DNA of 64,000 bases, from assembly GCA_963931635.1 (NCBI GenBank), contig OZ007034.1, positions 2,277,506-2,341,505 on the forward strand, written 5' to 3'. This DNA comes from an uncultured Bacteroides sp. (GTDB taxonomy: Bacteria > Bacteroidota > Bacteroidia > Bacteroidales > UBA11471). The position numbers and the translations under genes are program-made. The notes beneath the pieces were generated by a model that saw only the letters and a list, made by a program, of their open reading frames with translations, made no database searches and had not been told where the DNA came from. Positions 9,276 to 17,420 of this stretch are shown here, one piece after another. Numbering within the stretch: position 1 is the first letter of the stretch; each line of letters starts with the position of its first letter.

Positions 9276-9783
9276 TAGCTATTATATCCAGCAGAATCAG
9301 TGTCTGGTTTCCGTTTACCGAGTCGCCTTCATTTACCAGAATATCCTTGACGACACACTCCGAATTGACCTTGTAGTTGCTTTGCATCTTCATGGCTTCG
9401 AGTACGATGACTATGTCGCCGGCTTGCAGGTGGTCGCCTTTCTTTACCGGTATCTTTACCACCTTGCCGGGCATGGGGGCAATGATTTTGTCGTCCTGGC
9501 GGGTGTTGTCGCCTTTTTTCATGCGCAGGTACTTGGCCTGGGTGTCGATGATGTCGATGTGGTAGGAGCGGTAGAAGATGTTGACATCGTAGCTTTTGCG
9601 TCCTTCTTTCTGAATGAGTTCGGCATTGTAGGAATTGCCGTCGTGCAATATCGAGCAACTGCCGTTCTCGGCCATGACGATATCTACCTCGTAGGGCTTT
9701 CCGTCGATGGTGAGTTGCACCTTGTTGCCCTCTTTATTGACCAGTGAAACGTCGGCTACACGGTCTCCGATATGTATTTCCAT
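9268..9783 (-). CDS. biotin carboxyl carrier protein
   Basis: APMPGKV and biotinylation motif EAMKM. Confidence 0.92.
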   Translation of the reverse strand: MEIHIGDRVADVSLVNKEGNKVQLTIDGKPYEVDIVMAENGSCSILHDGNSYNAELIQKEGRKSYDVNIFYRSYHIDIIDTQAKYLRMKKGDNTRQDDKIIAPMPGKVVKIPVKKGDHLQAGDIVIVLEAMKMQSNYKVNSECVVKDILVNEGDSVNGNQTLILLDIIAND

Positions 9784-9799
9784 AAGTTCAGTCTCCTTC

Positions 9800-11311
9800 T
9801 TAGATGCGTAATACTCCTTTTTGTAATCCGAATTCGCGCCAGCGGCTGATGGGACGGGCGTCGGTCAGCTGCGCGGGGCTGTTCTCTTCCAGATTCATGA
9901 GATAATCGATGTAGGCAGCAATCATGGCCAGGTTTTCAATCTCTTCGTTGTGGCTGTTGTTGCGTTGCAGCATACGGGCGTTTTTCTCGATGAAGAGGGT
10001 GTTGTATTCACCTTTCACGAAGTCGGGCGTGTGCATGATGCGTTTCAGGTAGCTGAGGTTGGTTTTCAGTCCGGTGATTTTGTATTCATACAGCACGCGG
10101 CGCATGCGTTCTATGGCGTATTGACGGGTAGTGGCCCACACGATAAGTTTGCCTATCATAGGGTCGTAGTACATGGGTATCTCATACCCCTCGTATACAT
10201 AGCTGTCGATGCGTACGCCGATACCGTTGGGCTCGGTGAGTTGCTTGATGATGCCCGGCGAGGGAAGGAAATTGTTTTCGGTGTCTTCGGCGCAGATGCG
10301 GCATTCGATGGCATGGCCGCGCTGCATGAGGTCGCTCTGTTTGAGATGCAGCACCTCGTCGTTGGCTACACGTATCTGCTCCTTGACCAGGTCGACGCCG
10401 CACACCTCTTCGGTGATGGGGTGCTCGACTTGCAGACGGGTGTTCATTTCGAGGAAGTAGAAATGGCGGTGCTTGTCGACGAGAAACTCGATGGTACCGG
10501 CGCCGGAGTAGTTCACGGCCTTGGCGGCGGCTACGGCCTTTTCGCCCATCTCTTTGCGCAGTTCGGGCGTTAGGAAGGGCGAGGGGCTCTCTTCGACGAT
10601 TTTCTGGTGCCGGCGTTGTACCGAACATTCACGGTCGAAGAGGTGTATGACGTTGCCGTGGTTGTCGCCGAGTATCTGGAACTCGATGTGATGCGGTTCT
10701 TCTACAAACTTTTCGAGGTAGACGGTATCGTCGCCAAACGACGACATCGATTCCGATCGGGCTGTGTTGTATGCTTCCATCACTTCATCTTCGTTGTGGA
10801 TGAGGCGCATACCTTTTCCACCACCGCCCATCGATGCCTTCAACATGACAGGAAAGCCTATCTCTTTGCAGATGCGAAGGGCCTCTTCGCCGCTTTGCAG
10901 CGGCTGCTCGGTACCGGGAACGACCGGTACGCCGGCGGCAATCATGCGTTTGCGGGCAGAAATTTTGTCGCCCATCGCTTCCATGGTCTCGGCCGAGGGA
11001 CCGATGAATATGATACCCTCCTGTTTGCAGCGGCGGGCAAACTCGGCGTTCTCCGACAGGAAGCCGTACCCCGGGTGTATGGCATCGGCATGGTGCAGCT
11101 TGGCCGCCTTGATGATATTGTCGATATTCAGGTAACTTTCGTGAGAAGCGGCAGGTCCTATAAGACTGGCTTCATCGGCGTACATGACATGTTTTGATGT
11201 ACGGTCGGCCTCCGAGAATACGGCGACGGTGCGTATGCCCATCTCCTTGCACGAGCGCATGATGCGCACGGCAATTTCTCCTCGGTTGGCAATCAGAATT
11301 TTCTGAATCAT
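9800..11311 (-). CDS. accC: biotin carboxylase subunit
   Basis: IANRGEIA, HPGYGFLSEN, GGGGKGMR, EMNTRLQVEH. Confidence 0.93.
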   Translation of the reverse strand: MIQKILIANRGEIAVRIMRSCKEMGIRTVAVFSEADRTSKHVMYADEASLIGPAASHESYLNIDNIIKAAKLHHADAIHPGYGFLSENAEFARRCKQEGIIFIGPSAETMEAMGDKISARKRMIAAGVPVVPGTEQPLQSGEEALRICKEIGFPVMLKASMGGGGKGMRLIHNEDEVMEAYNTARSESMSSFGDDTVYLEKFVEEPHHIEFQILGDNHGNVIHLFDRECSVQRRHQKIVEESPSPFLTPELRKEMGEKAVAAAKAVNYSGAGTIEFLVDKHRHFYFLEMNTRLQVEHPITEEVCGVDLVKEQIRVANDEVLHLKQSDLMQRGHAIECRICAEDTENNFLPSPGIIKQLTEPNGIGVRIDSYVYEGYEIPMYYDPMIGKLIVWATTRQYAIERMRRVLYEYKITGLKTNLSYLKRIMHTPDFVKGEYNTLFIEKNARMLQRNNSHNEEIENLAMIAAYIDYLMNLEENSPAQLTDARPISRWREFGLQKGVLRI

Positions 11312-11391
11312 ATATTCTTATTTAAGAAGTTGGTATATTCGCAATTATTGGTACATAGGAAAAAACGATGCCGTATTTCTATATTTGGCCG

Positions 11392-11399
11392 CAAAGGTA
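11392..11399 (-). promoter_or_regulatory. -7 promoter box for the carboxylase operon
   Basis: TACCTTTG on minus strand. Confidence 0.6.
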
Positions 11400-11507
11400 A
11401 GGAAAAACTTCTCTTGCTGTTTTTTTAATACTAGAAAATTGCGTTTTTAAGCCTATTCTCATGTGTAATATGATGTTTTCGATGAATGTTTTGGTAGAAT
11501 ATATAAT

Positions 11508-11547
11508 AAAAATCAGGCCAGTCCGTAAATTTATGGACTGGCCTGAT
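11508..11547 (-). terminator. intrinsic terminator of the GH28 gene
   Basis: ATCAGGCCAGTCC..GGACTGGCCTGAT stem with A-run on the left (U tract on minus strand). Confidence 0.75.
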
Positions 11548-11571
11548 GGAATTTACCGAATAGGATTTCGA

Positions 11572-13113
11572 TTACTTGACCGTTATGAAGTTGTTGTTGC
11601 CTTCCTTTATTTCGCTGTTTTCGGCTCGAATAAATTCAGAAACCGGTTCTATTTGTATGCAGTTGTTGATAAAGGCATTTTTTACATGGTCGAATGTAAT
11701 GACGGGTGTACCATCGATCGGGTAACGGGTGCGCACGTTGTTGAGAATGATGTTCTCGCTGTTGGAGAACTGCCAGGGAGAGCCTTTCTCGACCGAGAAT
11801 TCAACATTATTGAAATAGATGTCTTTGGCGGTGTCGACGATGAACCCGATTTTTGCCTCCATGTTGATGTTGTTGAACGAGAGGTTCTGCACTGGCATCT
11901 CTTCGATACCGCTGATATAACCTATTTGTTTGATTTCGCGACCGGTAATGTTGCTCAGGTGTATGTTGCGGAACACGGGAGTGCGTTCGCTTACGGGTTC
12001 AACTTTCGAGGTTTTATCGTAGAAGAGATCGAAGATAAAGGCGTTGCGCTGTATGTTGCGCATGACGATGTTGTCGACACGGATTTGTTCTACCACACCG
12101 CCACGTCCGCGGGAGGCTTTCAGCCGTATACCGGCATCGGTACCGTCGAATACGCAGTTGGAGATGGTAACCCGTTTTACGCCGCCCGACATTTCACTGC
12201 CGATGACTACACCGCCATGACCCGAGAGCATGACACAGTTGGTAATGGTTATGTTTTCGCAGGCTTTCCCGTACTTGCGACCGTCGGCGTCGCGGCCCGA
12301 CTTGATGGTGATGCAGTCATCGCCTACGCTCACAAAGCAGTTTGAGATGCGCACGTTGCGGCAGGAGGTGGGATTGATACCGTCGGTATTGGGCCCTTTG
12401 GGGTTTTTATCGGGGTTTTTTATCGTTACACCCTGTACTACCACGTTGTCGCAAAATGCGGGGTTTATGGTCCAGAAGGGTGAGTTGATGAATTTTACAT
12501 TCTCGATGAGAATATTGGTACACTCAAAGAATTGTACAAAAGGCGGACGGAACATACGGCGTTCCAAGGCTTCTTTGTAATAATCCGATACTTCCAATCC
12601 GGCGTTGGCTTCTTCCCACATGCGTTGCAGTTTGTTTTTCTGATTATCGGGTAACTTACCGCCGTTTTCGTTGATAATTTTTCTTACTCCACTTTCCCAG
12701 GCCCACCATTTAAAACCGTTTCCGTCGAGGGTGCCACGGCCGGTAATGGTGAGGTTATCGGCGTTGTGAGCATAGATGAGTGGAGAAAGGGTATTCATGA
12801 CGGTCCCTTCCCAGCGAATCTTTACAAACGGCAGATAGTCTTCGAAATTATCAGAGAATCGTATTGTTGCCCCAGATTCGATGTGCAGGGTAATATTGCT
12901 TTTCATTTCAATGGTGGCAGTCAGATAGTTTCCTGCTGGGAAATAGAGGGTGCCTCCGCCTTCTTGTGAAGCTTTTTCTATGGTTTCGTTTATCAATTCG
13001 GTACAGGCCTTTTTACCGGTTGTGTCGGCTCCCAATTTTTTTATGTCGTATGTTTTGGCCCAAGAGAGTTGAATAAGGGTCAGGCATAATGAAAACAGGA
13101 AAATTTTTTTCAT
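11572..13113 (-). CDS. glycoside hydrolase family 28 (polygalacturonase-like), signal peptide
   Basis: NTDG, GDDC, GHGG and RLK catalytic motifs. Confidence 0.92.
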   Translation of the reverse strand: MKKIFLFSLCLTLIQLSWAKTYDIKKLGADTTGKKACTELINETIEKASQEGGGTLYFPAGNYLTATIEMKSNITLHIESGATIRFSDNFEDYLPFVKIRWEGTVMNTLSPLIYAHNADNLTITGRGTLDGNGFKWWAWESGVRKIINENGGKLPDNQKNKLQRMWEEANAGLEVSDYYKEALERRMFRPPFVQFFECTNILIENVKFINSPFWTINPAFCDNVVVQGVTIKNPDKNPKGPNTDGINPTSCRNVRISNCFVSVGDDCITIKSGRDADGRKYGKACENITITNCVMLSGHGGVVIGSEMSGGVKRVTISNCVFDGTDAGIRLKASRGRGGVVEQIRVDNIVMRNIQRNAFIFDLFYDKTSKVEPVSERTPVFRNIHLSNITGREIKQIGYISGIEEMPVQNLSFNNINMEAKIGFIVDTAKDIYFNNVEFSVEKGSPWQFSNSENIILNNVRTRYPIDGTPVITFDHVKNAFINNCIQIEPVSEFIRAENSEIKEGNNNFITVK

Positions 13114-13144
13114 GGTGTTGTATGGGTTAATAGTTAGTAGACTC

Positions 13145-13152
13145 CAAAGGTA
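13145..13152 (-). promoter_or_regulatory. -7 promoter box for GH28
   Basis: TACCTTTG on minus strand. Confidence 0.6.
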
Positions 13153-13231
13153 GAAACAAATGGAGAAATACGATGAGGAATATTGTCTCGTAAAGGTGTA
13201 GAAATCGATATTAGGTGCGAATATGCGGGCA

Positions 13232-13897
13232 TTATCCGTTCAATTCATCGTAAGTATAGTTTAAAAATTGATTGAATGGATGTAACACGAGCAGTTCTTC
13301 GGCCGTGCGATGCAACCAGTCTCCCGATTCGAAGAATGCGTCGTCTTTCGAGGCATAGGCCAGATAGTCTCGCTGTTTCAACAGTTCGGGATAGGGAAAG
13401 TCTTTTGGGAAAGGTCGTGGCATTACTTTCAGGGCTCGTTCGTTGTCGAGCCCGTGATATATTTTCAGGAACGCTGGTTCATGGAGTATTTCCAGAAATT
13501 CGTCGCAGTTGTCGTAGACCGATTGTCGCAGGGCTTTCAGCAGAGGTGGTTGCGGGCACCAGATGCCTCCGCACAGCAGACAGTTTCCCGGCTCTATGTG
13601 CAGATAGTACCCTGCACGTGGACTGCTTTTCCCTCCTTTGGCCATATAGGCGGCAAAGTGGGTCTTGTAGGGTGTCTTGTCGGGCGAAAATCGTATGTCG
13701 CGGTATATGCGGTACAGGCACGACGAGGCTTCAAGGCCGTGCAGCTCGTCGTCTTTGTCGCCTATTAGGCCGATGAGTTGGTTGACATATGTCTCAAACC
13801 TTGTGCGTAGTTCGGTATATTCTTTTTTATGGGCGTTGAACCACTCCCGATTATTGTGCGTGCGTAGTTCACGCAGGAAATGGAGTATATCTTTCAT
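13232..13897 (-). CDS. DUF2461 (TIGR02453) family protein
   Basis: NNREWF and RIYRDIRFSPDKTPYK motifs; start trimmed to ATG 13897 (MKDILHFL). Confidence 0.88.
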   Translation of the reverse strand: MKDILHFLRELRTHNNREWFNAHKKEYTELRTRFETYVNQLIGLIGDKDDELHGLEASSCLYRIYRDIRFSPDKTPYKTHFAAYMAKGGKSSPRAGYYLHIEPGNCLLCGGIWCPQPPLLKALRQSVYDNCDEFLEILHEPAFLKIYHGLDNERALKVMPRPFPKDFPYPELLKQRDYLAYASKDDAFFESGDWLHRTAEELLVLHPFNQFLNYTYDELNG

Positions 13898-14033
13898 TAG
13901 AAGAAGTTCCTTGTTTTTTCGACGAATGTAAATATATTTTTCGATATTCCCCGGTTTGTGATGTGAATTTCTGTAAAAATGGCTAACTTGCGCCATGTTT
14001 TTGGAATTTAACAGGAAAATTTGAAAGAATACA

Positions 14034-16013
14034 ATGAAAGAGAATGAGAAAGAGCCGGTAGATTTGCCGGAGAACGCGTTTCGTGAATTGGAGCCGGGCG
14101 AGGAGTATCACCCCATCATGTCGCCCGACCGTAATTACCGGGAGGTTACTCCTTGGTCGGTATCTTGGGGTATTGTCATGGCCATACTTTTCTCGGCAGC
14201 CGCTGCCTACCTGGGACTGAAAGTGGGTCAGGTATTTGAGGCAGCCATACCCATTGCCATCATTGCCGTGGGACTTTCCTCGGCATTCAAGCGCAAAAAC
14301 GGTTTGGGCGAGAATGTCATCATACAGTCTATCGGAGCCTGTTCGGGAACCGTGGTAGCCGGAGTCATTTTTACCCTGCCGGCTCTGTATATCATACCTG
14401 GTTTGTCGGCCGGATTCCTACAAGTTTTTCTGAGTTCGCTGTTGGGCGGTGTGTTGGGTATTCTCTTCTTGATACCGTTCCGTAAATATTTCGTGTCGGA
14501 TATGCATGGCAAGTATCCTTTCCCCGAGGCAACAGCCACTACTCAGATTCTTGTTTCGGGCCAGAAAGGCGGAAACCAGGCCCGTCCGTTGATTTTTGCC
14601 GGACTGGTAGGTGGCCTTTATGATTTTATGCTGTCGACATTCGGCTGGTGGAGCGAAGTGCTTACCACCCGTATTCTGCCCTTTGGCGATGTTGTGGCCG
14701 AGAAGGCCAAGTTGGTGTTCAAGGTCAATACAGGTGCGGCGGTTTTGGGCCTCGGATATATTGTGGGTCTGAAATACAGCCTTATCATCTGTGCCGGTTC
14801 CATCTTTGTCTGGTTCCTGCTTATCCCAGGGTTTGACCTTCTTTGGGGCGATACGGTTCTGAACCTGAACAGCGGCGATGTTGCCCTTACCGTATCGCAG
14901 ATGACTCCGGAACAAATCTTCACGACCTATGCCCGTTACATCGGTATCGGCGGTATAGCCATGGCCGGTATCATCGGTATTGTGCGCTCTTGGGGAGTGA
15001 TACGCAGTGCTGTTGGGTTGGCTTCGCGAGAACTGAAAGGGCAGGCGGCCGCTGTTGGAGCCGGAGTGAAACGTACTCAGCGCGATATCAGCATGAAGAT
15101 TTTGCTCTTTTCGATAGTCATTACCCTTGTTGCCATTTTCCTGTTTTTCTATTTCGGTGTCATCCATAACTTTATGCAGGCTCTTATTGCCTTTGTGGTG
15201 GTAACGCTCATTGCCTTCCTCTTTACGACAGTGGCAGCTAATGCAATAGCCATTGTGGGTACCAACCCGGTGTCGGGAATGACGTTGATGACACTTATAT
15301 TGGCATCGGTCGTGCTGGTGGCATCCGGGCTTTCGGGCAAGGACGGTATGGTTGCTGCCTTGATTATCGGTGGCGTTGTATGTACAGCCTTGTCGACAGC
15401 CGGAGCTTTGGTGACCGACCTTAAAATAGGTTATTGGATGGGTACGACTCCGGCCAAGCAGGAGACCTGGAAATTTGTCGGTACACTGGTGGCTGCTGCT
15501 ACCGTCGGTGGTGTGATGATTATTCTCAACAAGACCTATGGCTTTACCGGTGAAAATGCTTTGGCGGCTCCTCAGGCCAATGCCATGGCGGCCGTCATAC
15601 AACCGTTGATGTCGGGACAGGGAGCCCCTTGGGCTCTTTACGGGATAGGGGCCGTGATAGCCTTGCTGCTGACACTGCTTAAAGTTCCTGCATTGGCATT
15701 TGCTCTCGGTATGTTTATTCCGTTGGAATTGAATACGCCGCTGGTAGTCGGCGGACTCATCAGTTGGTATGTCTCCACACGTTCGACCGACAAGGCTCTT
15801 AACAAGGCCCGTCTTGAAAAGGGTACGCTCTTGGCTTCGGGATTCATAGCCGGCGGTGCCTTGATGGGTGTGGTGAGTGCTGCCATACGTTTTGCCGGAT
15901 TTGAGTATTCTTGTTCCATGAACGAGACCCTTTCCCAGTCGCTCGGTCTGATTCTTTATCTGGCATTGATTGTTTATCTGATAAAGACTAGTATGAGAGC
16001 CAAGAAAGAGTAA
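14034..16013 (+). CDS. OPT family oligopeptide transporter
   Basis: Many TM segments, YLGLKVG, PFPEATA, DLKIGYWMG, APQANAM. Confidence 0.92.
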   Translation: MKENEKEPVDLPENAFRELEPGEEYHPIMSPDRNYREVTPWSVSWGIVMAILFSAAAAYLGLKVGQVFEAAIPIAIIAVGLSSAFKRKNGLGENVIIQSIGACSGTVVAGVIFTLPALYIIPGLSAGFLQVFLSSLLGGVLGILFLIPFRKYFVSDMHGKYPFPEATATTQILVSGQKGGNQARPLIFAGLVGGLYDFMLSTFGWWSEVLTTRILPFGDVVAEKAKLVFKVNTGAAVLGLGYIVGLKYSLIICAGSIFVWFLLIPGFDLLWGDTVLNLNSGDVALTVSQMTPEQIFTTYARYIGIGGIAMAGIIGIVRSWGVIRSAVGLASRELKGQAAAVGAGVKRTQRDISMKILLFSIVITLVAIFLFFYFGVIHNFMQALIAFVVVTLIAFLFTTVAANAIAIVGTNPVSGMTLMTLILASVVLVASGLSGKDGMVAALIIGGVVCTALSTAGALVTDLKIGYWMGTTPAKQETWKFVGTLVAAATVGGVMIILNKTYGFTGENALAAPQANAMAAVIQPLMSGQGAPWALYGIGAVIALLLTLLKVPALAFALGMFIPLELNTPLVVGGLISWYVSTRSTDKALNKARLEKGTLLASGFIAGGALMGVVSAAIRFAGFEYSCSMNETLSQSLGLILYLALIVYLIKTSMRAKKE

Positions 16014-16036
16014 GATAATATTGTGCTATGAATTTG

Positions 16037-16069
16037 GGGTGTCTGTCTTATTGGCAGACACCCATTTTT
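16037..16069 (+). terminator. intrinsic terminator
   Basis: GGGTGTCTGTC/GGCAGACACCC stem followed by ATTTTT. Confidence 0.7.
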
Positions 16070-16170
16070 ATGAAAACCATGTTTTAATGCATAGACGGGA
16101 GTTGCTGTCATTGAGAAATTACGAAAACATTGGAAGGTGAAAAATTGTTTTCTTGTAAAAAATATAAAGT

Positions 16171-16773
16171 ATGAAACGCTCGTTTGAAGAGGCGCTGCGC
16201 AACCGCCGCAGCTATTATGCCATAGGAAATAAGTGGCTTGTGCCACACGATAAGATAGAGACGATGTTGGGAAACGTATTGACCTGTTTGCCCTCGTCGT
16301 TTAATTCACAGTCGACGCGTATTGTCCTTTTGTGTGACGAGGCGCATCGACGGTTTTGGGAGCTTACCAAGAGTGCGCTGCGGGAGATTGTACCAGCCGA
16401 AAGTTTTGGAAAAACCGAGAAAAAGATTGACGTCTCTTTTGAAGCCGGTTGTGGCACGGTACTCTTTTTCGAAGATATATCGGTTGTAGAGAAGTTGCAA
16501 CAAGACTTTCCGCTCTATGCCGACCGCTTTCCTGTCTGGTCGCAGCAGACGGCCGCCATGCACCAGCTGGCTGTGTGGACTCTGTTGGTGGATATGGGAT
16601 TCGGGGCATCGTTGCAACACTATAATCCGTTGGTCGACGAGGTTGTTGCCAAGGAGTGGAAGTTGCCGATATCGTGGCAATTGAATGCCCAGATGCCTTT
16701 TGGTAATCCGTTGCAAGCTCCCGGCGAGAAAGAGGTTTCGCCGTTGGAATACAGGTTGAAAGTATTCCGATAA
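16171..16773 (+). CDS. nitroreductase family protein (Frm2/HBN1-like)
   Basis: RRSYY, PSSFNSQS, GASLQHYNP, AQMPFG. Confidence 0.9.
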   Translation: MKRSFEEALRNRRSYYAIGNKWLVPHDKIETMLGNVLTCLPSSFNSQSTRIVLLCDEAHRRFWELTKSALREIVPAESFGKTEKKIDVSFEAGCGTVLFFEDISVVEKLQQDFPLYADRFPVWSQQTAAMHQLAVWTLLVDMGFGASLQHYNPLVDEVVAKEWKLPISWQLNAQMPFGNPLQAPGEKEVSPLEYRLKVFR

Positions 16774-16781
16774 AGGCGTGT

Positions 16782-16833
16782 ATCCATAAGCAATGAGGCC
16801 GGAGCATATGTTCCGGCCTCATTGCTTATGGAT
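16782..16833. repeat. 52-bp near-perfect palindrome between convergent genes
   Basis: ATCCATAAGCAATGAGGCCGGAGCAT|ATGTTCCGGCCTCATTGCTTATGGAT, 26-nt arms, one G-T mismatch. Confidence 0.9.
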
Positions 16834-16844
16834 TGATGGCCGGA

Positions 16845-17345
16845 CTATTTCAATGCGTTCAGCACAGCTTCGTAATTGGGCTCGTGCGTGATTTCGGGAA
16901 CGAGTTCTTCGTAGATGATTTTTCCCGATTCGTCGAGGACGACAACGGCTCGTGCCAACAGTCCGGCAAGCGGGCTGTCGATAAGTTCTACACCGTATTC
17001 TTTTCCGAATGCGGCCGAACGGAAAGCCGAGACGGGAATGACGTTTTCGATGCCTTCGGTCGTGCAGAAGCGCGATTGGGCAAAAGGCAGGTCTTTCGAT
17101 ATTGCCAATACGACCGTGTTGGCCATCTGTGCAGCCATCTGGTTGAATTTACGCACCGAAGTGGCGCACACGCTGGTGTCGAGACTTGGGAAAATGTTGA
17201 GTACTATGCGTTTCCCTTTCAGATCTTTGTTTGTCAGAGTAGAAAGGTCGCCTTTAACCAACTCGAATACGGGAGCCATTGACCCAACCTGGGGCAGTTC
17301 GCCGCATGTATGCACCGGCTGTTTTTGAAATGTTACAGTAGCCAT
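16845..17345 (-). CDS. tpx: thiol peroxidase (atypical 2-Cys peroxiredoxin)
   Basis: [29 protein letters not shown]. Confidence 0.95.
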   Translation of the reverse strand: MATVTFQKQPVHTCGELPQVGSMAPVFELVKGDLSTLTNKDLKGKRIVLNIFPSLDTSVCATSVRKFNQMAAQMANTVVLAISKDLPFAQSRFCTTEGIENVIPVSAFRSAAFGKEYGVELIDSPLAGLLARAVVVLDESGKIIYEELVPEITHEPNYEAVLNALK

Positions 17346-17420
17346 GATTTTTTAGTGTTAGAAGTGATATAGATATAGGGATATAACGATATACTAGAAC
17401 AGACTATTGGCGCATTTGGT

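Noticed and set aside
13898-13996. Extended N-termini given by the ORF track (also rsmE, EFR1, lolA, dxs, mutS2, tspO, glnS, lptG)
   Set aside because: Extensions overlap promoter regions or neighbouring genes and lack family similarity; downstream ATGs fit better
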